Shown here: in pieces, positions 38,671 to 51,345 of the stretch | How positions within the stretch are numbered: position 1 is the stretch's first letter | How the letters are laid out: each line of letters opens with the position of its first letter | DNA from: an uncultured Actinomycetota bacterium | Lineage (GTDB): Bacteria > Actinomycetota > Actinomycetes > DATJPE01 | Length of the DNA: 64,000 nucleotides | Reading direction: 5' to 3' | Assembly: GCA_963736655.1 (NCBI GenBank) | Contig: CAVTPM010000015.1 | Location: 1,369,755 to 1,433,754, forward strand | Translations under genes and position numbers: made by a program | The notes under the pieces: generated by a model | The model's input: the letters and a program-made list of their open reading frames with translations, nothing else | Told to the model about the DNA's origin: nothing | Database searches by the model: none

Positions 38671-41600
38671 TCACACGCGCCGGCGTCGACCGGAACCGAG
38701 CAGCACCAGCACCAGGCCGAGTCCGATCAGCAGGACTCCGAAGGAAACGGCTCGGGAGACATCCGCCCCGGTGTCCGGCAGGTCTCCCGGAGCAAGGACT
38801 GCGGCGGAGGCCACCCCAGCGTTGTTCGCCGGGTCGCGGTCGTACGTCGTGCCGGAGACCGACGCCTCGTTGACGAGCGTGCTGCCCGCTGCAGCGGTCA
38901 CGGTGGCCGTGAGGACGATGACCGGCGCTGACTCCCCCGCTGCCAGAGGACCCGGGCGGGTGCAGGTCACCGTCGCAGCGGCGGTGCAGGTCCAGCCGTC
39001 GCCGGACGCCTTCGGCGACGCGAGTCCGGCCGGGAGCGTGTCGGTCACGACGATCGGCCCCGTCTCGGTGGACGGACCCTGGTTGGTCACCAGCAGGTGG
39101 TAGCGGACGGGGGCGCCGGTCACGACCGTGCCCGAGATGGTCTTGGCCAGGGTGAGGTCAGCCACGGCGCGGACGTCGACGGGGTCGTCGTCGCTGTTGT
39201 TGGTCGGGTCGATGTCAGTGGTCGGTGACGTCACGGACGCCGTGTTCGTGACTGCGGGCTCCGCCGCCACGCCGACGTCGACGACCAAGGCGATGTCGGG
39301 GGCTTCGCCCACCTCGAGGCCGGCCCTCTCGCAGGTGACGGTCTGGCCGACCGCAGCGCAGGTCCAGCCGTCCCCGGTGCCGGACACGAAGGTGAGGCCG
39401 GTGGGCAGCTCGTCGAGGACGCTGACGGTGGCCGGATCGTCGGTGGGTCCGAGGTTCACCACCGCCAGGGTGTAGGTCAGCCGGTCGCCGACGGAGACGA
39501 CGGCCGCGGTGTGGCTCTTGGTGATCGCCAGGTCGACGCGTGCGGGCACCGGGGCGACGTCGGTGGACTCGTTGTTGTCCGTGTCAGGGTCGGGAGTTGC
39601 CGAAGTCACCTCAGCAGTGTTCGAGACCGACGGGTAGGCATCGGCTCCGACCGCGACCACGAGGGTGACGACGGAGGGGACGCCTACACCGAACGTGGGC
39701 CGGGCACAGTCGACCGCCGTCACGGTCGAGCCCGTGCAGTCCCAGCCGGCGCCCGTGGCAGAGACGAGAGTCAGCCCCGCTGGGAGCGGGTCCACGAGCC
39801 GCACACCGGAGGCCTCCGAGGGGCCGTCGTTGCTGACGGTCAGGGTGTAGGTGGCCTCGGACCCCACCACGAGTGGTGTCGTGCTGACCTTGACGACCGC
39901 GAGGTCAGCGGAGGACGCCACGGCGATGTCGTCGTCGTCGGAGTTGTTGGAGAGATCAGGGTCGGGCGAGTTCGGCGCCTCCACCGAGGCGGTGTTCGTG
40001 ACGGTTCCCGTCGCCAGGTCCGGGTCGACCGAGGTGACGATCGTCAACAGCGGGGCCGGGTTAGGGGCCGCGGTGGTGCCGGCACCTCAGCCCCGAAGCC
40101 AGCGTGCAGGTCAGGGTCTGTCCCGCGACCGGGTCACCCGACGCGGTGCAGGCCCACGGGGCTACGGCCGAGACGTACCGGATCCGCCCGGGGAGCGTGT
40201 CAGTGACGACCAGCGGCGACGCCGCGTCGGAGGCGCCCGCGTTCGCCACCTGGAGGTCGAAGGTCAGCAGGCCGCCAGCGAGAACCGGCGCCTCGCGGTG
40301 GGTCTTGACGATCGACAGGTCAGCCTCGACGGTGACGGCGACGTCAGCGGGATCGGTGTTGTTGCCTGGCACCGGGTCCGTGGTCGGGGAGCCGACCGTG
40401 GCCGTGTTGGTGAGTGTCCCGGCCGCAGTGCCCGGCGCCACGTCGACCGCGATCACGAGGTCACCGGCAGTCGCACCGGCCGGCAGGGTCGCCGCCCGCA
40501 GGCAGGTCACCGTCTGGCCGACCGAGGAGCAGGACGCCCAACCGTTGCTCCCGCCACCGCTCGCGAAGACCAGCCCGGTCGGGAGCGTGTCGGTGACCGT
40601 TACCGGGCCGGCGGCGTCCGAGAGCCCCGCGTTGCGCACGGAGAGCGTGAAGGACGTCGACGTACCCGCCACGACCGAGGCGTCGTCAGCGGTCTTGACC
40701 AGCGCGAGGTCTGCCTGGGTGATGACCGCGGTCGGGTCGGTCACGGTGTTGTCGGACGGATCCGGGTCGGTGGTCGCGGAGCCCACGATCGCGGTGTTGT
40801 CGTAGCTGCCCGCAGCCTGGGAGGGGTCCACGTCCACGACGACGGACACGACCGGAGCCGACGCGCCGGCCGCCAGGGAGGTCGACCGGGTGCAGGTGAG
40901 CGTTGAATCCCCGACGGCGAACGGGCAGGCCCAGCTCGCGGCAGCCGAGACCGAGGCGACCGTGAATCCGGTGGGGAGAGTGTCGACCAGCGTGACGTCT
41001 GCGGCCGCGTCCGAGAGTCCCGAGTTGCGGACGGTGAGCACGTACGTCACCTGGTCACCGGCGATCACCGGGTCAGGGCTGTGCGTCTTCGTCACCGACA
41101 GGTCGGCCTCGGTGACCACGGAGGTGGTGTCGTCGTCGGTGTTGTTGTCCGGCACCGGGTCGGACGTGGGGCTGTCGACGCTGCCGGTGTTGAGGAGAGG
41201 TGCGACCACGTTGCTGGCGACGGCGACGCGCACCGTGAAGGACGTCGTGCCGCCCTTCGCGAGCCGTGCAGCACGCGAGCAGGTCACGTCCTGACCAGCT
41301 GCCGAGCACGACCAGCCGTCCTGGCCGCCGTCAGAGACGAAGGTCAGCCCGGTGGGCAGCGAGTCGGTCAACGTCAGCACACCCTGCGCGTCGGACGGGC
41401 CGAGGTTGTCGACGACGAAGGTGTACGTGCCCTGGCTGCCCGCGAGGAACGACCCGGTGTGCGACTTGGTGAGCACCAGGTCCGCCGAGGTGTCGATCGG
41501 GGTGGTGGTGGTCGAGGAGTCGTTGACAGGGTTCGGGTCCGGCGTCGGGCCGTCCACGTCTGCCGTGTTGACCAGGTTGCCCAGGGCCGAGGGGCTCAGC

Positions 41601-44600
41601 GCCAGCACGAGCGTGATCCGCGGCGCCGAAGCCAGCGCCCCCAGGTCGGCTGACCTGGTGCAGGTCACGGTTCCGGCGTTCTCGCCGCAGACCCAGTCGG
41701 TCCCCGTCGCGGAGACGTACGTCGTGCCCGCCGGGAGGTCGTCGGTGACGACGATCGGTCCTCGCGCGACCGACGGGCCGCCGTTGCTCACGTCGAGCGT
41801 CCAGGTGACGTCGCGGCCGGCGACGACCGGACCGCTGACCGCTTTGACGATGGCGAGATCGGCCGACGTGGTCACGGTCGTCGGGTCGGTGTCGGTGTTG
41901 TTGCCTGGCACCGGGTCGAAGGTCGGGCCCGAGACGGTGGCCACGTTGTCGTAGCTCCCGGCGGTGGTCGTCGCAGCGACGGCCACGACGAGGGGGAAGC
42001 TGGTCGAAGCGGCGGCGGCGAGGCCCGTGGCGCGCGTGCAGGTGACGAGTTGTCCGACGGCCGAGCAGGCCGCCCATCCGTTCGTGGCCCCGCCCGACAC
42101 GAAGGTCATGCCGGCCGGCAGCGTGTCCGTCACCGAGATCGGGCCGGCGGCCGCTGACGGTCCCGGCGTTGGTCACCGCGACGCTGTAGGTGCCGTTCTG
42201 CCCGGCAGTGAAAGAGCCCGTGTGGCTCTTGTCGATCCGTAGGTCCGCGCTGTCGACGTAGGCCGTCGCGGTGTCAGCCGGCCCGCCGTACGGGCCGGAG
42301 GCGTTCGCGGTCGCTCCCGTGCCATCAGCCGCGGAGGGGGTCGCCGTGTTGACGTGCGGGTTGGTCGGCCCCACGCCAGGCGAGGTGACGACAGCCGCTT
42401 GGGGGGTGGCCGTGAAGCGGACGGTCAGGGTCTGCCCAGCCGGCACCGTGAGCGACGTCGCCCACGTGAGCGTCTGCCCGCTGACGGCCGGGTCGACCTG
42501 GGTGGTGGCCCCGCCCTGCGGGGTCAAGGTCGCGCTCCCCGCGTCGTAGGTCCAGTTCGGCCGGGAGGGTGTCGACCACCGAGACGGCGAACGCGGGAAC
42601 GCTCGAGGTGTTGGTGAGGACGAGCTGCCAGCCGAAGCTCGAGCCGATGCTCGCCGTGCCGGTCTCAGCGCCGGTCGACGTGGTCTTGGCCACCGTCACC
42701 CGCGGGAAGGTTGCGGTCACCGTCGCCGCCGAGGTGCCGCCGGTGTACGCGCGGCCGACAGCGCCGGGGCCACCCGGCAGCCCCGCGTAGCTCGGCAGGC
42801 TGGCTGTGTTGGTGAGGCTCTGCGCGTTCGGCACCGAACCCGAGGCGGCCAGTCGGGCGGTGTAGGTCAGCGTCACCGATCCGCCGACCGGGATCGGGCC
42901 CGGGACGGTCCACGTCACGGTGCCTCCGCCGGTCGGGGTCGCCCCAGTGAGCGCCGCGGTGCCCGGTCCGGTGAAGGACGCGGGGTTCACGACCAACAGG
43001 TTGGGGATCGGGTCGCTGACGGTCGCGGCGTAGGCCGGCGACGTCCCGCTGTTCCGCAGGGTCATCGTGTAGGTGCGGGTGTCGCCCGGCGCAAGCGTCG
43101 CGGCGTCGACGGTCTTGGTCACGGCCAGCGCGGGCTCGACGATCGTCACCGTCGCGGTGCCCGCGTTGGTGACCTGGTTCCAGAACGTGTTCGCCGGAAG
43201 ACCGGACGACGGGAAGGTGAGGTTGGTCGTGCTCCAGCGGAGCACCGCGGAGTTGGTCCGGACGACGCCGTTGACGTTGCTGGCAGCCGTGCTCACGCGC
43301 GCGGTGAAGGTCACGGTCAGGGTGTACGGCGCAGCCGCGATCGCCGGGTCGCCGAAGTACCACCCGAGCCGCTGGCCGTTCTGCCGGAAGGTCGCCGGGA
43401 CCGTCGCCGGGCAGGGAGCGACGCTGCACGTCGTCGAGACCGTCGAGACGTAGGTCAGCCCCGTCGGCAGCGTGTCGACGATCGTGGCGTCGAAGAGCCG
43501 CACGTCGTTGGGCACCGTCGACGACACGGTGAAGGTGACCAGCTCGCCGATCGTCGCCGTCCCCGGGGTGACCGACTTGACCGTCGCGGGCTTCTGGATC
43601 GTGACCGTGTTGGACCCCGTGCGGGTGTACGTGCGCTCGCCCGGCACCGCGCCCGGCATGCTCGTCGTGACACCCGTCGCCGTGTTGATGTAGGTCGCCC
43701 CGCTCAGTGCGCCGGGGTCGACGGTGACCTGGAAGGTCCGGGTCACCGCCGCGCCGGCCGCGAGGTCACCGACGGTCCACGAGAGGGTTCGGGTGCCGGA
43801 GTCGTACGTGCCGCCGTTGCTCGCGCTGCCGGCGACGTAGGTCAGACCGACGGGTACCACGTCGCTCGCGGTGGTGTCGTGAGCGATCGACACCCCCGTG
43901 GCCGCCGTGTTGGTGAGGGTCACCGTGTAGGTGAACGTCTGACCCGCGACCACCACGCCGCCTGGGGCGTTGTTCGCCTTGGTGACGGTCAGGTTGGGCT
44001 CGACGATCGGCACGTCGCGGTTCGCGACCACCGGGGTGAACGGGGTCCCGCCGGGGGTCAGGTTGCCCGTGGCGGTCGCGGTGTTGCGCCGGTTGGCCCC
44101 ACGCACGTTGACCGGGTCGTCGAGCACAGTGGTCGAGAACTGGATGACGAAGACCCGGGTCGTGTTGGCCGGATTGGCGAACGTGGTGGGGAACTGCAGC
44201 CGGACGTCAGCCGCGCTGCCGGTCAGCACGAACCCGACCGGGAGCGGGCCCCCGCCCAGCGTCGCCGTGGCGCTGCCCGCGACGTAAGCCTGCCCGGCAG
44301 GGATCGGGTCGACGATCAGCCCGTCGTACACGGAGGTGTAGGCGGGGACCGTCGCCGTGACGATATAGTTGACGGTCTCACCCACGGTTGCCTGGGTGAC
44401 CGAGTTCGACGTCTCGGTCACCGAGGTGGTGTGCGCCTTGGCCAGGATCTCGGGCGGTGTGAAGACGCGCGAGGTGTCGGTGGCCGCCGGCGTGTTGGGC
44501 GTGGGGGTGACCGTCGGATCGATGTTGGCGGTCGGCACGTAGGTGACGACGCCACCGAGGTTCGTCGGCGAGTCGTACTGCTTCACCCCGGCGGTGTTGA

Positions 44601-47145
44601 CGTAGCTCTGGTTCACCGAGACACCAGCCGGGATCGTCACGTCGTAGGTGAGCGGGGCACGGGAGGCGCCCACGGCGATCACGTCGCTCGGCCGGGAGGT
44701 TCCACACGATGACCGGCGTGGCGATCCCGCCGTTGCTCGCCTGGCAGGAGCCTGCCGTTGCTGATGGCCGAGACGTTGGCGCAGGTGATACCGGTGGGCA
44801 GGACGTCGCGGACCTGGGTCGACTGCGCAGGGGTCGAGCCGGTGTTGCGGAGGTCGAGCCGGTAGCGCACCACCGTGCCCGCGCGCACCTGGACGTTGTC
44901 GACGTTGGGCCCGTTGGAGTACGGCGGAGCGGTGCCCGCGACGCCCTTGGTGATCGCCAGTCGCGGCCCGGCGAGGATCTTGAAGTCCACCTGGTCGCGC
45001 AGCGAGTAGGCGACGCCCGCGGTCGACTCGGCGCGCATCCGCATCAGGTTGCCGACGACGTCGAAGAGCTGCCCGGCCGAGGAGTCGGTCTGCACGATCG
45101 CCGAGAAGCGCACCTCGAAGACCGCCCCGAGCCCGACGAAGGTGTTCGGCGAGCCGGTCCCGAGCAGCCACGTGGGGTTGGCAGTGCCCGCGGCCGCCGC
45201 AGCCTCGTTGAAGGTGATCGCGACCGTGTTGGCCGCGGTGGCGACCTGGCTCCCCGCCTCGTAGGTCACCCCGGGTGGCAGGTAGTCGGCGACGGCCGGG
45301 TTGCGCGTCTGGACGTTGGCGGGGAAGTTCACGCGCAGCTTGAAGCAGACCCGGTCGCCCTTCTCGTACTGCGGTCTGGTGTCCGGGCTGGCCGTGGGGT
45401 CGAGGTAGGTCGCGGTCGCGCAGCTCAGCGGCCCTGGCGGTGCCACCGCGGCCGAGATCTGCTTGTCCAACGTCGGGCCGGACGAGCTGAGGGTCGCCGA
45501 GGAGGTGTCGGAGACCGTCACCGGCGGCGCCGGGTCGGGCGAGCCGGCGGTCGGCACGCTCGTGGCCGAACCGGTGACGACGTTGACGAAGGAGTCGCCG
45601 GCCACCGTGGGGGTGCCGCCCGTGTAGGTGGCCCGCGCCCGGGCGGGGAAGGTGACCGTGGTCGTGCCGCCCGCGGGCAGGGACCCGACCACGAAGGGCA
45701 CGTTGGTCGTGCCGTCGGGGTTGACGGTCGGGGCAGGGGAGTACGGGATGCTCGGGTTCTGTCCGGGAACCGGGTCGCACTCACTGGGCGAACCGATGGC
45801 GTAGTTGGCCGATCCCAGGGGACAGAGCCCGCTGGGGAGGGTGTCGAGCAGGGTGATCCCGGTGAGGTCGCGGTACTCCCCCGCCCGGATCCGCAGGCTC
45901 CAAGGGACGATCGTGCCTTGCTGGAACGTGCCGCTCGGGGTCTTGTCGATCGCGAAGTCCTCGAGGGACACCGTCAGGGAACCCTGAGCCGTGACGTTGG
46001 GCGAGGTGGTCGGGCGCACGGGCCCCTGATAGGTGCCCGCGGCGACGGCCGTGTTGGTGGCGGTCCGCTCGGTGCCCGTCTCCGGTGCTCGAGGCGCCGG
46101 TGTTGTTCGCGAGGTTGGCCTCGTCGGGACCGACCGGACCGGGGAAGACGTTGGCCCGCAGCGGCACTCCGGCCTTGTAGCGGATCGTCACGACCTGGCC
46201 GGTGGCGAGCGTGCCCAGGTTCCAGATCACCCGGGTGTAGACGCCCGCTGGGAGGCCGGCAGGGTCTTGCACGGTGTCGACGGTGGCAGGAGTCGGGCAG
46301 TCGGTCGTGATGACCGGCACGCTGGTCATGCGGCCGGAACCGGGGTACTCCGTCGTGCCCGCCGGCGAGTTGTCCACCCCTCCGCAGCCCAGGAACTCCA
46401 GCGCGGCCGGCACATAGTCGGTCACGGTCGTGGCCGCCGTGGGATTGGCCTTGTTGTTGCTGACCGTCAGCGTCCACACCTGCGGGAATCCCCCGTGCAC
46501 GCCGCGGACGATCTCGTTCTCCGAGCTCGACATCGCCTTGGACACCTGCAACGCCGAGACCGTCGTCGTGGTGGTCGGCGACACCGCGTTGCCGGTGTAG
46601 GACGCCGGGACCGGGACTCCTGCCGCGTCGGCCCGCGGCACGGTGCGCGGGTTGCTGTTGACGAACGCCTCGCCGGTGTTGGCGAGCGGGGTGTTCACCG
46701 GATACGTGGCCGGCACCAGCGCCGCCGAGAAGCCGAGGGTGAACGTACCTCCCGCCTGGACGTCGGCCACGTTGGTCCAGATCCAGCGTCGTCTGGCCGA
46801 CGGCGGGCTGGTTGGGGATCACGGTCGGGTCGCCGACGTCGGCGGGCGTCGTCGACCCCGGCACGTAGGAGACGCCGACGGGGAGGACGTCGCGGAAGCA
46901 TCAGGTTGAACCCCGCCGGGTTGCCGTTGGGGTTGGTCGCCGTCAGCGAGAAGGGCACGGTGTCGCCGGCCAGGACCGTGGTGGGCGCGGACTTGGCGAG
47001 GCTGATGTTGGGGCTGCCCGCGGCCAGGGCAGGGGTGGCCGGCAACTACGACCAGCAGCGGGACGACCAGGAGGCTGGCGCCGAGCGCGGCGAGCGCCCG
47101 GCGGATCGTCGACGGACGAGGCGGTGCGGGGGTGGTCGACGACAC
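38671..47145 (-). CDS. giant sortase-anchored surface protein with isopeptide-type fimbrial and DUF11 repeats (~2800 aa; several frameshifts)
   Basis: Signal peptide in ORF 46819..47199; recurring ADL.(I/V).K...V.AG...TY.L.V.N.GPS.A...D.LP.G...DP...NN units across frames; C-terminal LPDTG, TM and RRRRR. Confidence 0.85.
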
Positions 47146-47321
47146 CGCGTCCAGTTCCTTTCGCCGTGCCGTTCCCCACCGGGGGACCCCGGGCGGCACT
47201 CGACCTCACGGCCGGATCGTGGTGATGACTGCTGGCTCAGCACTCTATGACGCGAGGCCGCGCGATCGGGGGAGCCGCTCCCGAGGTTGCGTGGTGGATC
47301 CAGCTGAGGAACTGTCGGTGG

Positions 47322-48693
47322 GTGTCCCCTTCCGTGCTGTGGTTCCGCCGCGACCTGCGGCTCCACGACAACCCGGCGTTGCACGAAGCCGCCCGCTCAG
47401 GAGACGGGTCGGTCGCGGCCCTCTTCGTCCTCGACCCGCGGCTCTGGGACTCCGCCGGCGCCACGCGCCGGGCCTACCTGGCGAGCTCCCTGGCCTCACT
47501 GGACGACGATCTCGGAGGTCGGCTGCTCGTGAGGTCGGGCGACCCAGCCCGCATCGTCCCCGAGGTCGTGCGGTCCCTCGGCGCTCGCTCGGTGCACGCG
47601 GCCGCCGACTTCGGCCCGTACGGCGCACGGCCGCGACGCCACGGTGGGGGCCGAGCTCGGCGACGCGTTCGTCCGCACGGGGTCGCCGTACGCCGTGGCC
47701 CCTGGTCGGGTCACCAAGCCCGACGGGTCGCCCTACCGCGTCTACACGCCCTTCTACCGGGCCTGGGTCGCCCACGGCTGGCGGGCGCCAGCCGGACCGC
47801 CCCCGGAGGGGTTGACCTGGTTGTCGGTCCCAGGCGGCGAGCGGTTGCCGGATCCACCCGATCTCGGCGGGCTGACCCTTCCCCCGGCCGGTGAGACCGC
47901 CGCGCTGGAGCGCTGGACCGCGTTCCTGACCGCTGGCGGCGTCGACGGCTACGCCGACCACCGCGACCGGGCCGACCTGCCCGCGACGTCCCAGCTGGGC
48001 GCCGCGCTCAGGTGGGGGGAGATCCACCCCCGCACGCTGCTGGCCGAGCTGGGGGACACCAAGGGCCACGAGGTCTTCCGCAAGGAGCTGGCCTGGCGCG
48101 AGTTCTACGCCGACGTGCTGCATCACCAGCCGCACTCGGCGCGACGCAGCCTGAGGCCGGAGCTCAGCGAGATCGAGGTCGACGAGGGGCCGATCGCTGA
48201 CGCGCGGTTCGACGCCTGGTGCCGCGGCCGTACCGGCTATCCCTTCGTCGACGCCGGCATGCGGCAGCTGCTCGCTGAGGGCTGGATGCACAACCGCGTG
48301 CGGATGGTGACCGCGTCCTTCTTGATCAAGGACCTGCACGTCGACTGGACCCGGGGCGCCCGGCACTTCATGAACCTGCTCCGCGACGGCGACCTCGCCT
48401 CCAACCAGCACGGCTGGCAGTGGGTCGCGGGCACCGGCACCGATGCGGCGCCGTACTTCCGGGTCTTCAACCCGGTCTCGCAGGGTCGGCGGTTCGACCC
48501 CGGCGGGGACTACGTGCGCCGCTACGTGCCAGAGCTCGCCGGCGTGCCCGGCGCGGACGTGCACGAGCCCTGGACCCAGGCCACCGGTCTCCCCCGCGGC
48601 TACCCGGAGCGGATCGTCGACCACGCGGTGGAGCGCGAGGTCGCCCTCGCCCGCTTTGCGGCGGTCCGCGGCGCGCCGGGGCCGCTCGCGTGA
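47322..48693 (+). CDS. phrB: deoxyribodipyrimidine photolyase/cryptochrome (frameshift near 47635)
   Basis: WFRRDLRLHDNPAL, PYRVYTPF, TSQLGAALRWGEI, ELAWREFY, GRTGYPFVDAGMRQL..EGWMHNRVRM, GDLASNQHGWQWVAG. Confidence 0.93.
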
Positions 48694-48733
48694 GGTCGGG
48701 CTCCCGTGCACGGCCGTGAGGGATACTCCACCC

Positions 48734-49525
48734 GTGCTCGTCGTCAGCGTGGTCAGCCTCAAGGGCGGGGTGGGCAAGACCTCCGTCGCCCTCGGGCTGG
48801 CCGGCGCGGCCTGGAACCGAGGCATCAGCACCCTGGTGGTGGACCTCGATCCCCAAGGCAATGCCTCCACGGTGCTCGACCCGCCCGAGGTGCGGTTCTC
48901 CGCCTCCGACGTGCTGGCCGACCAGGGCGCGGGACTCCTCGCCCACGCGATCGCGCGCAGCGGCTGGGGACCCTCGGTCGACGTGATCGCCGCCGACACC
49001 CTCCTCGAGCGCCACAACGTGGTGACCGGACGAGCCTCAGGGCTACAGCTGCGCAGCGCCATGAGCGGGCTCAGCGGCTACGAGCTCGTCCTGATCGACG
49101 CGCCGCCCTCGCTCGGCGGGCTCACGCGCAACGCCTTGGCAGCGGCTCACTACGCCCTCGTCGTCACCGAGCCTTCGCTGTTCGCCCTGCAAGGGGCGCA
49201 GGCCGCGCTCGAGGCCGTCGACGTCGTGCAGGGCGACAACCTGCGGCTGCGCACTGCCGGGATCCTCGTCAACAAGCTCCGCAGCCACTCGGTGGAGCAC
49301 CGGTTCCGCATGGGCGAGCTGCGCCAGGCGTACGGCGACCTCGTCCTGGAACCGCCGATCCCAGACCGCACGGCGATCCAGCAGGCTGAGGGGGCGTGCG
49401 TCCCGGTGCAGGCATGGCGGTCGCCGGGAGCGCGTGAGGTCACCGACGCCCTGGACGATCACCTCGACCACCTGTTGACCCTTCCGGTCGACGACGGACC
49501 GCTCGGCGGCAAGAGGCGACGATGA
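48734..49525 (+). CDS. ParA/Soj family ATPase (orphan)
   Basis: SLKGGVGKTS deviant Walker A, VVDLDPQGNAS, LIDAPPSLG.LT.NALAAA. Confidence 0.92.
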   Translation: MLVVSVVSLKGGVGKTSVALGLAGAAWNRGISTLVVDLDPQGNASTVLDPPEVRFSASDVLADQGAGLLAHAIARSGWGPSVDVIAADTLLERHNVVTGRASGLQLRSAMSGLSGYELVLIDAPPSLGGLTRNALAAAHYALVVTEPSLFALQGAQAALEAVDVVQGDNLRLRTAGILVNKLRSHSVEHRFRMGELRQAYGDLVLEPPIPDRTAIQQAEGACVPVQAWRSPGAREVTDALDDHLDHLLTLPVDDGPLGGKRRR

Positions 49526-49933
49526 GCGACGACACGATCAGGAATCCGGCCGCGGCCCGACACGGGAACCCCGGGCCGCGCCCCGCGCTGCGTCGCTCCA
49601 GCAGCGATCAGCTCGAGGTGGTCCGGCCGGGATCCCGGTGCACCGCTGGCCCCGGGGGCTGACCTCGTGCCCCTGGGCACGACAGTCGTCGACGGGGCCA
49701 AGGACAAGTCGAAGCACAGGTCCAAGGACGGCAAGAAGCACAAAGAGGACAAGCACAAGCACAAGCCGCACAAATCGGTGAAGACGGCCCCGGCCCCCGA
49801 GGCGGAGGGCCGGGACCTCACCGTGACCCTGCCGAAGTCGGTCCGGAAGGCGTTGACCAAGACCGCAGCCGAGCACGGGACGACGCCGGAACGGCTCGTC
49901 GCCCTCGTGCTCAGCGAGTGGCTCGACCACTGA
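49522..49933 (+). CDS. small protein with Lys/His-rich linker and C-terminal ribbon-helix-helix-like domain (probable frameshift near 49650)
   Basis: ATGA overlap with parA; DLTVTLPKSVRKALTKTAAEHGTTPERLVALVLSEWL fits the RHH strand-helix-helix pattern. Confidence 0.6.
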
Positions 49934-49974
49934 CCACACTGGAGTCACCGCTGACGACTGCCGAAGGACATCCC

Positions 49975-51327
49975 ATGAACAGCCCTCACCAACGCCGGCG
50001 ACGCACGGTGGTCCTGGGTTTCCTGACGGGCGTCGCCGCGCTGCTCGGTGCCCTCCCCGCGGAGGCATCCCCGCCGACCCCGCTCACGACGACGAGCTCA
50101 GCGAACGATCGCATCGCTCGTGTCTTGCCGGTCCGTCTTCAAGATCCGGTCCTCGGACGCGACGTCGCGGTGGACGTCTTCGACCTGGCCACGGATCGCC
50201 ACGTGTTCACCCGGCGCTCCACCGCGCCCTACCGCGTCGCTTCGAACACGAAGCTGGTGACCGCAGCCACCGCCTTGGAGACCATGGGGCCGTCGAGGAC
50301 CTTCCCGACGACGGTGGTGCTCGGTCGAGGTGGGCACGTCTATCTCGTCGGCGGCGGGGATCCCTTGCTGTCCTCGGCCACCCTGCGCTCCCTCGCCAAG
50401 AAGACGGCAGCAGCGCTTCGCGCGCGCGGCCAGACCCGGGTGTCGGTGCTCCTTGACGACACCCTCTTCGCCCCTTGGACCTTTCCCTCGGGCTTCGCGA
50501 ACCGCTGCTCGGCGAACCACCTGACGCGCGGGTACTGCATCACACCTGTGCGGGCCTTGACCGTCGACCGTCGCTCCGGGGACGACAACGCGCGGGACGC
50601 TGCCCGATCCTTCGCCCAGGCGCTCAACTCCGCTGCGGGGGTGGCGGCGAGCTACCGGGGGAGGGCCCAGGCGCCGCGGACCCGGCTCGGCGTCGGCGGG
50701 CCGACCGGAGCTGCCGACCCGATCCAGCTGGCTCGTTACGCCGGACACCGGTTGGACGAGATCATCCAAGCGATGCTGTCGGTGAGTGACGACGAGATCG
50801 CCGAGACGCTCTTCCGGCACGTGGCCCTGGCCACCGGCCGACCGGCGAGCATGGCTGGGGGCCGGGCCGCCCAACGGGCCGTTCTGCGGAGCCTGGGGGT
50901 CCCCCTTGAGGGGGTGATCACGTCCTCGGGGAGCGGCCGGAGCTCGATCGACCGCTTCTCGGCGCGTGCCCTCGTCCGGCTGCTTGCGGTCGCTGTCGAC
51001 GGCAAGCACCCCCGGATGGCAGCACTGAGAGACGGGACTGCGTTCACCGGCAGGCTGCCGCTCATGATGCGGGCAGGAATCGACGGGACCCTCGGCACCG
51101 CCTACGGGCGCTACTCGACACGCCCCAGCTCGTGCGCGCGCGGCAAGGTCTACGCCAAGACCGGCGGCCTGGCCGACGCGATCGCGCTCAGCGGGTACGC
51201 CAAGGGCAGCGACGGCAGGTGGAAGGTCTTCTCGGTCCTGGTCAACAGCCGCCCGAAGGCGTACTCCCCGCTCGCCACACGTCAGCACGTCGACCGGATC
51301 GCTGCTTCGGTGACCGGCTGCTACTGA
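49975..51327 (+). CDS. dacB: D-alanyl-D-alanine carboxypeptidase/endopeptidase (S13, PBP4-like)
   Basis: ASNTK (SxxK), LVGGGDP, SDD in place of SxN, KTG. Confidence 0.85.
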   Translation: MNSPHQRRRRTVVLGFLTGVAALLGALPAEASPPTPLTTTSSANDRIARVLPVRLQDPVLGRDVAVDVFDLATDRHVFTRRSTAPYRVASNTKLVTAATALETMGPSRTFPTTVVLGRGGHVYLVGGGDPLLSSATLRSLAKKTAAALRARGQTRVSVLLDDTLFAPWTFPSGFANRCSANHLTRGYCITPVRALTVDRRSGDDNARDAARSFAQALNSAAGVAASYRGRAQAPRTRLGVGGPTGAADPIQLARYAGHRLDEIIQAMLSVSDDEIAETLFRHVALATGRPASMAGGRAAQRAVLRSLGVPLEGVITSSGSGRSSIDRFSARALVRLLAVAVDGKHPRMAALRDGTAFTGRLPLMMRAGIDGTLGTAYGRYSTRPSSCARGKVYAKTGGLADAIALSGYAKGSDGRWKVFSVLVNSRPKAYSPLATRQHVDRIAASVTGCY

Positions 51328-51345
51328 GCCGGCACCGCTCGACGG

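Noticed and set aside
38671-47145. CRISPR array or DNA-level tandem repeats
   Set aside because: The periodicity is protein-domain repetition with diverged codons; there are no identical direct repeats with spacers and no cas genes in the window.
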